From Raillietiella orientalis (taxonomy: Eukaryota), in the NCBI GenBank assembly GCA_036172245.1, contig JAYWIR010000023.1:1054001-1118000 (forward strand): 64,000 nt of DNA. The letters are read 5' to 3'. Positions 39,480 through 51,759 of this stretch are shown here, piece by piece. The position numbers and the translations under genes were made by a program. Below the pieces are notes generated by a model. The model ran no database searches and was not told where the DNA came from. It worked only from the letters and a program-made list of their open reading frames with translations. The first letter of the stretch is position 1, and each line of letters begins with the position of its first letter.

Positions 39480-39665
39480 CCTCCTCACTACTACCACCAT
39501 CATCTTCACTATCTACATCACTACCACCGACAATCCTGATTGTGCCTCGTTCTGATACGGAGGAGAGGAGAAGCTGCTTATCGTCCTTGACCTCCCTCCT
39601 TCCACTAGATCCTTCGGATTTCCTGGGAAACCTTTTCGGGAATAGGAGCCGGAGAGGATGAGTCA
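39480..39665 (+). pseudogene. Possible second, more decayed cox1 NUMT
   Basis: C/A-rich island. It contains tga..ctccctccttcc (W.LPPS-like) and ataggagccgga..ggatga (MGAGxGW with TGA=Trp). Needs frameshifts. Confidence 0.3.
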
Positions 39666-41901
39666 GCGAGACGGAGATCGGATTCCCCGTCGGGGGGCTC
39701 CCTTTCCTCGCAGCTTCCTCGCGGACGGGAGGGCGGCGCCCCCTTTACATGCCGACCGGGAGATCGGAAAGTGTCGCTGTAGACGCGCCCATCGGTTGAA
39801 TCTCCCCAAAACCCTTCGGTGGAGGTATGTTGGGATGCTCGGAGGCGCGAGGAATGAAGGCCATGTGACAGGCAGCCTCCGGCGTTCGGAGTATGCCTCC
39901 GGAAGGCGACCGCGATGGAGGGGCCGCGCAGTTCCAGCGTCCTCGCGCGGAAGCTCGCTGCCTCCTGCGCACGAGCAGGCGGGAGGTACTCCGCGCGAGG
40001 GGGCGCTCCCGAGGGGCACGCGACTCGCGAGGCGGGTTTCGCCCCGCTTTGCCTCTGTCGGGCTGCGCTGCGGGGCAGCGGAGACCCTCGTCCGCCCTCT
40101 CCTCGTGCGGCAGCTTCCTTGCCCTCTCCTCTGCCTGAGGTCTGGTGGCAGTCGCGTTTCCTACTCTTCCTCCTGCGCCGCTTCGTCCCTTTCACGCAAG
40201 AAGAGGTTGTCGGACGTAGGCGGACGTATCAAGATAAACGGAGAGGAAGCTGCGTCTCTGAAGGAGGGAAGGAGGAGAACAGAAGCCTCCGTTTCGACAC
40301 TGTAGCTCAAGGGTGCCTCGTCGTCGTCTCAAAGGAAGTTGCGTAACTCCCGTTCCCACCCACCAGAAAGAATTTTCCGCATGATGGATGGAAAAATTCA
40401 AAATGGCGGCAGCGTCCAGAAACCGCGACTCCCTGGTGGCATTCGCTTTCTCTGCCGACGGACCCGACGGCGGAGTTCTCGGGGGCGACCGTCGCAAGGA
40501 GAGGAGGAGGGAGGGGGACTAAGGGTAGCGTCTTTCCTCTCCTGGTCCAGCGCTCGGGGTTCCTCCCTGGGAGCGGCGAAAGGCGGGCAGCCAACCAGCG
40601 AACGGGAGGGCAACCGCTGGCTGCTCGGCGGCGCAGCCGAGCCCTTCACAGCGACTGTCGCCCCTCTTCCTAGGAGTCTAGCCGGCCACATCCCCCAGCA
40701 ACGATCTCTCCTGCCCCTCTATTTCAAACAGAGGAGTTCTCTGAGGAGAGTTGAGGGACCCAACCAGGTCATGACTCTCCCCCAAGAGGTCCGCTCCCCT
40801 GGGAGAGTGAATCCGCTCTCAAGGACCTTCGATTTCGAGAGGGAGGAGTCCCAAATCGAATGCCGAGTCAGGTCCCTTCTTCCCGCCCCTGTTCTCCTCT
40901 GCAGCCTCCCTGGAGTCCTGCCGCAGCCTGAACTCAGCGCGGAGGCGGTCGGAGGTCCAGGGCTGCTACTGGGTGAGGTGACTGGGTCCGGAGACTACCG
41001 CAGCATCGTGTCTCCCTCTCTCCCCCGATGGCGGTCTTCAAGTGCGGCAGGCCCCACCAGCATATAAAATGGCGGGATTCACCCCCTACGAGGTGCAGCA
41101 ACTCTTCGCTTGCGCCAGCCAGCTCGGTCCGCCGCAGCGATGCATCCCAGATCTGCGGACTCCTTCCTCTTCTCCCAGCTCTTTGTGAGTGGAATCCCTT
41201 CCTCGAGGAGGAAGGCCCATTCTCCCCACCAGGACTCAGTGGAGGAGGGGAGAAGGTTCTGAGCTGGGATGGGGTGGGGAAGAGGAGGAGGCCAGGGATT
41301 GGGGAAGGCGGGAAGCGGAGTTGACGCGCACAGCTCGGAGTGGTCTGGCAAGGGTCATGCCATCGCTCCGTGGGTCCATGGCAGTCCCATGGGGAGGAGA
41401 GAGAAGAATGTTAAAGAGACGCACTCGAGGAAGGTGGCAGAACCCAGAGGGCATGGGCAGAAAGCACCCTTTTCTTTGGATCTTTGGAGGACTTTTCGGA
41501 CCCAGGTGTTCCATCCTGCCTTCCTCTGAAGAACGACGCGGTTTCCGGAAGGAATGTAGAGGATTCTAGGGAAGCATAAGGAACGGGTGCGAGAAGAGGG
41601 TCACTGACCTCGAGATCGTGAAGGTGACTAGGGGAGATGGGAGGGTGGTGTCTGCAAAAGAGAGGAAAAGGCAGCTCAGTGACCTGAGGAACCTCCGTGG
41701 TTCAATGGGTGTGACAGTGAGTTTGGGAGTCGACCTCACGATGGCAGCAGCACCTAAGTCTTTTTTTTTGTCCTTGCCATGCTCCGTCCTCCGCGACATC
41801 CCCTCTCTCCGAGTTTCTACGGGGGTTTCTTCGCAATCAGGAGGACGGAGAGGAAAAAGAGGCCAAGAAGAACAAGTGCATCACGAATCGGGGTCAAGGA
41901 T

Positions 41902-42447
41902 ATGTATAAACTAGATAAATTAATATTTTTTGCACTAAAGTAAAATAAATACACGAAAGTCATCGCATTATTCTCATCAATTTTTTTAATTTTATTTAGT
42001 GTAATATATTGTAACTATTCACTAAGAAGCAATTTTCTCTCTCCTTATCGCGATTCAAGCGTAGGTTTAAAAAGCGTACTGGAAAACAGCATAATAAAAA
42101 AATACCATTATTTACTAATAGAAAAACATCACATTAAATACAAAAATTTTGATTACATAAACCAATTAATAAAACTGCGTGCTGAATTATTGCAATCAGT
42201 GAGCGAAAAAAGAATCTTAGCTTGATACTGTATGATCAAAATGGCAGAATAATATTCAGTAACTTCAATACTCAAGATCATGGTTATGAACAGTTACTTA
42301 CAAACGATGAAATCGATAAACTACGAAGTAATCAAGAAATATTTTACACTACAGGGAATATATTAACTTCTATCATTCCTATATTCCATGAAAATAGCGC
42401 TAAACCGTCGTTTTTTTTTAAAGATTCTTCAAAACTATGACAATTTC
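41902..42447 (+). pseudogene. pleC: Wolbachia-like sensor histidine kinase N-terminal fragment (nuclear transfer, NUWT)
   Basis: Sharp AT-rich island in GC-rich DNA. It reads MYKLDKLIFFALK*NKYTKVIALFSSIFLILFSVIYCNYSLRSNFLSPYRDSSVGLKSVLENSIIKKYHYLLIEKHHIKYKNFDYINQLIKLRAELLQSVSE/NLSLILYDQNGRIIFSNF...IPIFHENSAKPSFF/LKILQNYDN. There is a TM segment and a periplasmic sensor, and no introns. I recall it resembling the Wolbachia PleC N-terminus; this has not been checked by search. Confidence 0.7.
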
Positions 42448-42699
42448 TGTGACAGAAACTCGAGAAAGAAAAAGAGAAACATTCGGGCACTTCTTCCAAA
42501 CGCATGCTGATCTGTAAATGACACGGTTGTTAGCGAGGGTCAAGTGACCCCAGAAGATGGCGGCAGGCTCATGACAGTAGCAGAGGATGAGAACCAAATA
42601 GCTCCCGTTTGCAGATTGGATCAGATATATTGGGATAGAAGATCAAGATGAAGATGAACAGCTTCTCTAGCTACAGGCGCAGGCAATCCTTCGTGGTCT

Positions 42700-43870
42700 T
42701 CTCTTCTCTGAGGAAGGATGAGGAATTGTATCAGAACTGACACAGCTTGCAATTCAAGCAGCCCCAAGTTGGAGTTCTCCAGGGAGGAGCTCCACTGGCA
42801 GCTTTCCTTGTCGAAAAACACACATCCTTCATCACATCAAATCACAGACGGTTGTTTCTCTCGGGAACAGACAGTGGCAGAGGTGATGGTGGTGCTGGTG
42901 GCAAGCGCACCTTGCCTGAAAGACGGTTCCTCCTCTCATCCATCCAGCTACTGTCTGGAAGGCACGAGTGGGCGCCGCTGACTCTTGCGTTGACTTTCGG
43001 AGCCCTGTTGTCCGTCAAAGAATGTCCCGGTAATTGCCCGAGGGAAGACAAGCAAGCCAGAAGAGAACGGCGGCAGAAAGCAAGAAGCGGTGGAGGTGAT
43101 CGGTGGACGCGCTAGCTGTCGGACCCGTTCCCGATGATGCGAGAGGCATCCACGGAGGAGGAGATAACGGATCGTCGGAAGGATCTTAGATCCACGTGAG
43201 ACCTGTTTCGTCTGCATGGATGCCACTACCCAGGCAAAGAGATCACTTCTCTTCCCGTGGCAAGGAGACGACGCCGGAATCGGAGGAGGTCCTGGTTCCT
43301 GTTTCCAGTTTCCTCCCCTCCTCCCAAGAGACAGCCTACACCACCGACTTCCCATTCCTCTGGGGGAGGACAGGGGACGATTTTCCCCTCTCCCTCAGCT
43401 TTCCCTAGTTTTCTTTGAAGGTGTCGCAGCGCTCTTTCTCTTGAAGAGGATGCGGAGATGCTGGTTCTTTTTCTCAGGTGGGTAGCAGACTGCAGCTTCT
43501 TCTGCGAGATCCTTGGTCAGTTGGGCTTGCCGTGAGAGGTGGTAGACAGCAAGGGACTGATCGTGAACGTGGCCATCCGAGGGTGCGTCCACAAAGCACC
43601 TCCCGCTCTGCAGTATTGTCTCCTAGTCTTCGGCGCTCCTTTCTCTCCATGCTCGCGGGATGCTGGATATATGCGGTCGCGTGCGTCAAGTTGCGAAGGT
43701 TTTGCTCGATCAGAGGGAGGCAGAGGATGAAAGAGGCGATGCCATGGAAACCATGGAGGGGTGCCACTCCGCTGGTGATGGAAGCTGTGGCATTTGCAGG
43801 ATGCGTGAGATCCCAGAGACCAGCGGACTCCCGGACGTGGTATTCCGCTTCCAGGAGGAAAGAGGCCTCT
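42700..43870 (+). mobile_element. R2-like fragment nested in the Tx1-like element
   Basis: IYAVACVKLRRF (..AxKLRxN) followed by GDGSCGICRMREIPET (CCHC remnant). Opposite strand to the host element. Confidence 0.3.
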
Positions 43871-46800
43871 GACTGGCTCTTGCGTTCCGTAGAGGAAAGT
43901 CTAGGGGATGTCTTCCAGGGGTGAGTAGGACTCTCCTCTTCTGATGAAAGATCTCTTCTTAAGCTCTGCTCCGCAGCTGCTTCCTTCGGAAGAACGCTGA
44001 GACCCTCGGCGTTGTTCCTCCGAAGGCTGCGACCACCTGAAATATGCCTTCTGCTACTTCTTGAGTAAGCTGTCAGAGCGCTCCTCCCGAACAGTCCGTC
44101 CAGGAGCTCCAGTAGCATCCCTCAGCTCCTTTCGATCATCGTGGGTTTCGGCAGGCGGTTGATCCCGGCGGACTCGACGGTAGTTGAGGCACAAAGGACA
44201 CCGAGTATAGGGAAGGGGGAGAGAGGTCAGATCTCTGAGTTGCTCGAGGAGAAGGCTCCAGGTGGACGAAACTGTCCTGGAGAGTCGATTCTGCCTTCTG
44301 GAGGTGTCAGGAGTTCAGATCGGCATCTCGAGGGCATGTCATCAAGCCACCTGCTCCTCCAGCCAAACAGCATTCAGACTCATGAGGGGAAGCTGAAGGC
44401 CCGGGAAAACCATCCAGAAGACGTTCTAGATGGTTTCCATAGTGACCGAAAAAATTTAGAGGGAAGAGTCCGCTTCCGGACCCTCCTTCGCTCCGTGCTG
44501 GGGAGAGTGGATAAGGAGAGGAGGGTGGGTACGAGAGAGAAGTGAGGTAAGTGCGAGAAAAACAAAGGCTGTACATAGACACAGCCTCTGGAAGCTGAGG
44601 GTGGATGTGTCTTATCCGGTCATCCTGATGTGCTCTTCTAGGGCAGGGGGGGATGAGAAGAAAGAGCACCAGAAGGATGTGGCTGCGACGGCGATAGGTC
44701 AGAGCAAAGTTCAGAGATCAAAACTTCTCGTTTCTTTTGCGGTGGAAGGAGATGGAAGGAGCATTACTTCGGATGCCCTCTCCGCCTCTTGGAGGTTGCT
44801 CTTGCATGCGAAAGGTTCTTTCCTTCTTGTTCAGGTGAAGTCCTCCTTCTTCCTTCTTGCTTTCCTTTCGGGAACCTACAGAGCCTCCGGAACCTCTGAT
44901 GGAAGGAAGCTGCCTTCTCTGTCGCTTCGAGACATCTTTGCGACCTTCGTGCATGTTGGGGAGAAAAGGGTCAATCGCAGCTCCCTTCCTGCTCTAGAAA
45001 GAGAGCCTCTTTGTTGTTAGGAGATCAGCACGCTTCCTACAAAGCTCCCTCTTCCTCCCAAGAAAAGCAAGAGGATGCACCCCATCAAGCGGACTGGGAA
45101 TGCAATTCAGGGAGGTGACGCTCCAGGAAGGATGCTGCGAGGACAGGCGACCAGGTGACTCCTCACTCACATGTAAGATCCACGTACGCACATGCGGACT
45201 CGGAAAGAGGAAAGAGAAAAACGAGGAGGAGGAAAGATAAGAGCTTTTCGAGAAGGAGGAATAAAAAAGAGGAAGAGGAAGAAGGGTGATCAGTCCTTTC
45301 ATCCTGTGGGTCTTCTTTTGTGGTGAAAGTCCGAAAGAGAGTAAGAGAACAGGAATGAGCCAACGGTAGTTGATGCCTCAGGCGAGCAGGGAAAGAGAGA
45401 GTCCGAGGTCCCCAGGAAGTGCTGCCTTGGAGCCGAAACAGCGCCAACTCTACCGTCGCAGTCAATTCGATTCCGAGGAAGGGTGCATCTCCCTGAGAGT
45501 CTAGAGAGACCAGTATGGCGCTTTGTATTCCCTGTGGTCATCATTCTGAAAAAGCTGGACGAGAAATTGTCACCCGTTGCTGGTCATCGACCTCGAGCAC
45601 TTGGAGAGAGGAGACCAAGTGTTCTTGGGACTCCCTCGCTCATCATGGCAGTTCCGAAGAAGTCCCAGGCCGAAGAGGGCACACTCTTGAGACCTAGCAC
45701 GGGGAAGCTGTGTGCGCCTGGTGGGTAGTCGTCTTCGGATAGAGAACGGTCAATCACGGTCCCTCAAGCAAAGGTCAGTTCCTGCAGACTCTCGCGCCGA
45801 GCTTCTGTGGCTAACACACCTCTCCACGCCTGAGGCGACTACGAAGGGAAGGCCGACCAAGGATCCTTCTTGCCCCTACTGCCCACTGTGAGAGGAAAGC
45901 ACGGTCAAACTAAAGTCTCGTACTCCTTCGAGGTGGAGACGATGCCGGAGGAACGCAGAAGACCTGAACAAGCGTTGAGGGAAACCATGTGTGACAACTC
46001 GTCGCAGCGCGTGCGAAATTTCGGTCGATTGCCCTCTTCCCCTCTTCGCTCTTCTTGGATTTTTGGTATTGCTGGATCCGTTCACGTCTACTGGCTCTTG
46101 AAAATAGCACCGCAGAGGAGGAGAGGAAGAACGGGAACGCTCGTCGCTGCCATCTTGGAATGCTTTCATGGTGCAGAGAAATAGGAGGAACCAGGATCAC
46201 GTGGTCATCCACTCTTGCACGCTCCCCTAGGGAAATGGCTATGCAGGGAATTTGGTCAGGAATCCGTCGACATTCACTAGATCGTCCGTTCTTTCTGCCA
46301 ATCCTGGATTCCTGGATTAGGAGAGACGTGAAACTCCCACTTCCGGAGCCTTCGCTCCAGAAGACCTTGGGAATGGAAAGGAGGGAGAAGTCCGTCGTCT
46401 GCCCTCTTCTTGAAAAGGTTTTCGTCGGTCTCCTCTCGAGAGAAGCGTTCTTCCTAGGCTTCCCTGTTGCTTGTCTTTCCAGGCTACAAATCGCCTTCCA
46501 TTTATCCCGGGAGTCTGGATCATTCGTTTTCTCTTGGCCAAGAACTTTGTCCCCTAGTCTCCGATTCCCAAGAAACCTTGTCCATCTTCTCGCTTCTTCC
46601 CGTCTCCGTTTGCTTCGCGATGCTTTGAGCTCCCAAATCTCCCTGAACTGCGATCACCTCTTCCGTCGCACGCTGACAACGCACGCCTTCCATGGATCAC
46701 GACAGAGAGTAAAGAAAGAAAAGAACACCTGAAGCTGATCAGGCAATCCAGGTGCCGTCCGTTTTTTCTGTTTCAGCACCCACCTATTCAGGGCCATTTT

Positions 46801-48559
46801 GCAAGGCTTCCCTCCCGAAGAAGAACGCCTTGCTGCCTCGATGGGTGGGTGGCTCCTCACTGAGGAATCGGTACGCAGCGCGCCTTTCTCCTGCGGCGTC
46901 GGCAGGATGCCACTGAGGCGCATCCGGTGGTGATGATGGTGTTCCCGCGAGACCTCGAGCGGAGAAGGGCTGCTGACTTCCTTCCCAGCTCCAACGGCCA
47001 CTTCCCCTCGCCGGCAATGCAGCTTCTGGCACCTATTTACGAAGAGTTGCGCCGAAGTGGCTCTGGCTACTGGGGGAAAGACCTCTCAGGGTAGCGGTGG
47101 GCAAGTTGGGGTGCTACACCGGTGGAAGAACAGGTCGTGCCATTAGCAGCAGGCGTCCAGTCGGCGTCCTATTTTCTGAGTTACGCTCAGTTGCCTGCCA
47201 TACCAGTCTTCCGCCTACACATCACGACTTTGACTCCCGTGGATGAATTCGCCTGACCTTTTTCTCGCATCTTTTTATTTATCTGAAGTAAATAAATGCC
47301 TGGGGTAACCAGGATGAGAAAACCTTGCGCTAAGCTGTTGAATGCGGTGCACTTGGGCCTTCCTGCCACTTTCCCTCCTCCTTTGCCCATCTCCTCTGCC
47401 ACCAACTGCTCCATTTCTCACAATAAATTGTTTCTTCTGCACTTATCTGTCTCTGCTCCTTCTTCCCGAAACTCTTCAGGCGCCTCTTTATCGCGTGACC
47501 TTCCACTGCTCTTACAAATCCAAGTCTTCTCTTGTCGGGCTGCTCCCTGCTGAGAAGCTGCCCAGTGAACCTCCGGACCAGCTTTCCTGTAAAGCTTGCC
47601 CAGGCTTGAGGAGAGTCTCCCCACGGAAGGACCCCCCCTCGCATCCGCAAGTGGGTTTCCCTTCCCTTCCCAGCTCGGAAAGAAACTCGACTTTCGGACG
47701 GCGTGGCCTCCTGGAACCACCAGCTGGAACTCCCACCCACGGATGCAGGTCAGCGGATCACGCTGTTCTTCTGTGAACCAGAATATTCGTGCAGAGAAGA
47801 AAATTTCCTTGGCGATGTTTTTCGCATCCGAGCTCTCGTTTCGCGACGAAAGCGCCCTTGTCACGACGGGAAGCTGCAGCTTCTCAGCGGCTGCCGAACC
47901 CGCCCAGCTTGGCAAAGAATCCCCTCGCTTTCGCCTTGGGAGAGGGAAACGCTTCGGGAACACGCAAACATTACACGAAAAAAGCATTAGACTCCTCCTC
48001 GTAAGCGATTAAGAGACAAACAATCGAGGTGTCTGGACACCGCGCTCACGTCGCGAGTCGTTAGGGCGATCGAAAATTCCGGAAGATCAATCGGATCCAC
48101 GCCGTGGAATGGTTGGCTCGCACAATACGGCTATCTGGAACACGGAAGAACTCGAGGCCACGCTCTGCACGGAGGAAGTCAGTCGTTTCGGGAGCTTCCG
48201 GAGTCGCCGGACGCAGGAAGCGTGGAGGCACAAAACTATCCCGTCTTTCCTGTCGGGTCACCGGGCGCGTGGAAGCAGAACTGCTGCGTCGGAAAGCGCA
48301 GGTGTTGGCTCCTCCTTTTCATTCCGATTCCGGGGAAAGGGGGCGGACGGCACCAAACCCTCGCTTCGGAATTGCTAGAACAAACGGGTCGCTTCGTAAG
48401 AGAGGTGTGAGGCTCCTGTGGCGCCCCTTTGAGGGATTTAGCGGCCCTATCACTGCTTCGTAAACTGGAATGGTACCTCGGCAGGAACCGCTCTTGGGAC
48501 CTGTGAGCGGGGAACCCTTTCCAGGTCATTAGACTTTGCGTCCCTCCATGCTGGACCTT

Positions 48560-50350
48560 TCGAACATCGTTTCATCTACTTCTGAGTTTTTACACCATGA
48601 AAGAGAGCTTGAGAAGTGGTATCCAGTGTTTCGACAGGTCCAGAGCACCGTCCGCACAAGGTTCCTGCTTCGCGGCAGTTGTCTCGGAGACGGTTTCCAA
48701 GGATGCTGCGAGAGAACTGGAATATAGGAGCGGGTCCTTTTTGACGTGTTCTACCTGAAGTCTCGGGGTGTTCTCGAGTCCTCCCAACACCAAACACCGC
48801 TTCATCCTCTCAGTTGCAATCATTAGGAAGACTACTCATATGAGCGGGAAGCTGGTGGACTGCAACCAGCATACACCCAGCGCCGACCTGAACCCGACTC
48901 GGCAGAGCAAAGGGATGGAGAATGAGAGTCCTCAACGAAGCAGTTATAAATCTTTCGAAAAAGAGGGCAATACCTAAAATGACGACACGTTCCTGCTCCT
49001 CCTCTTGCAGCTCCGAATCGGGTCTGAGGTCTGGGAATCGGCGCTGGGTATGTGTTAGTTGCAGCCCTTCAGCTTCCAGCTCTTCGTGAGTAGCCTTTCG
49101 GATGAGCGCGAAGGCCTTCTCGTGGCTAAGTGGAATGGGAGGATGGCTGCGGATGCAATGGTTCTCGTTCAATGCATCTCCGGGTACATTCTGCCTGTGC
49201 CGTTCCTGGCGGGCACGGCTCTTTCGGGAAGTAGACTGCACCCCACCTCATGTACGAACCTGTAGTAGCTCTCCGTCGAGGAGGATCCGTCCTCACGCAC
49301 GATGCAAGACATGGGCCTCCCTTGATTGGATGTGCAAGAGGTATTTGCTTGCCAGAGGGGCAATGCTTCTTTGAGTTGAAGGGCGCCGAGTGGAAGAGCG
49401 TATTTTTTCTCTGAGAGCTATTCGAGTCTCGCCGTTGGCGAACATCCAAGTGGCGTTCGTTCTTCCGGATGTTTGTCTCCCAACTGTCCAAAGGCTCTTC
49501 ATATCACTTCCTGACCTGCCGAAGTTCACTGTGACGTCTCCAAGAGCGAAAACTCCCATGTCCTCTTAAGTTTGCGTGGTTCTTGAAGTGTTCTTTTATT
49601 TTTTTTTGGGACGCTGAGAGTAGATTCCGGGGAGATGGGTCCAATACGACCGATTCTGGTGACGTAAGGTGATGCTGAACACAGCATTCATCTCCAGGAC
49701 TGTTGGCCTCATCCGGAAGATCGGAAAGCCTTTCATCTGACACCCATCTACCCGAGATGATAAAGCTGGCGTCATCAGTTTGGCCTCTTCCCAACCTTTT
49801 CGCTCTGCCTTTCGATTTCCTTGATCTGGACGTTCTCGAACACAACTGTGAGGACCAGGAGATGCTCACAGCAGCCTGTTCTCTCCGAATGTCGCTGCTC
49901 CAGAGCCCTGAGCGGACAGTGCTGCGAAAAGAGGAGGTAACCTTATCTGAGGAGGTTTGATCCCGTGGCTGCCGTGAAGGCGAGCTTGCTCAGGGGGGGC
50001 TGCGCGTAAGTGGCACGCAGCTGAGGAAATTTCCAGAAGACCTCCATTGCCCCCTTCTTTGGTCACCTGCGCGCGCGTTCTGATTTGCGACCACAACAAG
50101 CTCGCCGGACCGAAAGTAACGCTCGAGGGGGTTCTTTGCTTGCCGTCGGTAGCTTTGCCCTCGTTTGGGTGCGAGGAAGCACTCCCGGGGTTCTCGCTTA
50201 CTCACTCACATTCGAGGCACCAGGGCAATGGGGGAGGGAGGCTGGGGGAGGGTAGCAGGTCTGAGCTCTTCCGTCACCTGTGATCCACGTGAATGCCTCG
50301 AAGACGAGTCCTTTGGACTGTTCTGGTTTACGTAGACGCCCTTATGATGG
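48560..50350 (-). mobile_element. Degenerate Utopia/NeSL-like retrotransposon (RT end to RLE)
   Basis: REPRECF (FNPxKC); HLTSPESVV..RNLLSASQKKIK (LLTSPD..V..L...V.K.I); SDMKSLWTVGR (GDxxSLWSxAR); PDLRPDS...ERVVILGIALFFE (RPD..VxILDV..PFE); LVLGGLENTP (VGALGSW.P). Confidence 0.7.
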
Positions 50351-50439
50351 ATGTTGCTAGGGTGATGGAGATTTTTGGAGCTCAACACCATCCACGCTAC
50401 CCGAGGGTGCGTGTGACAACTCAAGTTATAAGGGACCAC

Positions 50440-50795
50440 CCTATGAGTCCAGGAAGGGCACCGGAGGAAGGAATCCGTTCCTCTCACGACCCAGAGGAAA
50501 CTCCAAGGGGAACCTCTTCCTTCTCTCCGGAGGGGTCCCCTGTAGGGGAAGGGGGGAGAGTATTCCTCATTTCTTCTCCGAAGGGAGACCGAAAAGGATC
50601 TGTTCCTGGAATTTCTTGTCCAGAGAAAACCCGCAGGGGAACCTCTCCTCGTTTCCTTCTCTGGAGAGAACCCCGAAAGAACGCTTCCCATGTTCCCTGA
50701 AGGGTCTGCTCCCCGAAGGGAGAAACTTCTTGCACTCTGGAAAGGCAGCCCCTCGAAGGAACGGCTCCATTTTCACAACTGGAGGGGAACCTCAG
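50440..50795 (+). repeat. Dispersed repeat, copy B (paralogous to 26,630-26,945)
   Basis: See copy A. It has an internal duplication of ggggaacctct. Confidence 0.6.
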
Positions 50796-50899
50796 TGGGA
50801 GTCAGTGCTCCTGGATTCCTGGAAGGATCCCGGACGGTCAACTTCCAATCCCGGCCTGCCAATGGAGTCATCTGGTTTCTGAATTCCACCAGTACCGCA

Positions 50900-51540
50900 C
50901 AGCATTGATGCTGCTGCAATGGGGCCTCCCGTGCAACGTCCGTCGGCATCATTAGACACGGTTATGTGTGGATCCAAGCTATGCAAGGTGGAATCCCTCC
51001 CGCACCTCCTAGTGGACTGTGTTGCCCTTCGGCTCCATTAAGGGCGCTTTGCTGTGACCTTGGAACCCCCGGCAGCAACCCCAGAGACGTTTGAAAGAGT
51101 CTCTTCCTACGAGACGCCCTCACGCCGGCCGCATCCCTCTCTAGCTGCCAGGCGGCGGACCGTGGCTGCATGGAGTAACGCCAGAGGCCAGAACAACAGG
51201 GACGCCATCTATTTTGCTCTCCTCTTCATGAGGACAGCTTAAGATGGACCCATCTGGGAACCATAAAACCGGAACTTGCCGGTATCCTTACAAGGATGCA
51301 GAGAACGCCCTCCAGCACACAGTGATCCTTTCGCGACCCACTCATCCCTACCCATTTTTTGACTGCATTTTTTGTTTTGTTTTTTTCTTTTTTTTGTCTC
51401 CCTTCCCCCTGTGCCTCCGAGGCGAACCCCTCCGAACTGCGTGCCAGCTCCCGGCAGGTTTCTTTTCGTAGTTATAAGTAGCGTGGCAGAATCAAACGTC
51501 CTGTCATAGACGTGTGTCTTTATTTTTTATAAATAAACAT
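50900..51540 (+). mobile_element. 3' end of an RLE element, same family as 33,050-34,000
   Basis: cgcacctcctagtggactgtgttgccc versus cgcacctgctcgtggactgtgttgccc (reverse complement of ~33,165-33,190). T-rich 3' UTR ending ataaataaa at ~51,537. Confidence 0.55.
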
Positions 51541-51638
51541 CCTGACGTGACTAAGTGTCAGCCAGCGCCGCACTCGAAGCCTACAGGACACCAGAGTCAT
51601 CCTGCATGGAAGGAAGGGGGGGGAGAGGAGAGATTTGG

Positions 51639-51737
51639 AACCCACGGCTCACTGTCCATCCTCGGCGTCGATCCTTCACGTGGGGATTCGACCCCACAAC
51701 GCTTAGTGCCACGCGCGGAGACCGCAGCCACACGGCC
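51639..51737 (-). mobile_element. tRNA-derived SINE-like head, copy B
   Basis: The minus strand reads ggccgtgtggctgcgg...cgttgtggggtcgaatcccc (A-box-like and B-box-like). Homologous to 27,351-27,466. Confidence 0.5.
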
Positions 51738-51759
51738 TGCGTTGGAGGCCGTGTGACCA

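Larger units (their letters stand above)
36200..46200 (-). mobile_element. Near full-length but decayed Tx1/L1-like retrotransposon with nested insertions
   Basis: Ordered motifs: ORF1 TLVQVFCVPP plus knuckle remnants (46,000-45,500); APE VTSLNC..ADLL (45,120); WSLLLEQLRD (44,240); GAAAIVRST..EPRRFLRSL (41,750); HGTAMDPRSDGMT (41,370); DLTR/AFD (40,870); VGCP/RLSPL (40,590); FLDAAA (40,415); KGGAALPS (39,745); and PACGPC...LIWNVWKG (36,450-36,330). Confidence 0.7.
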
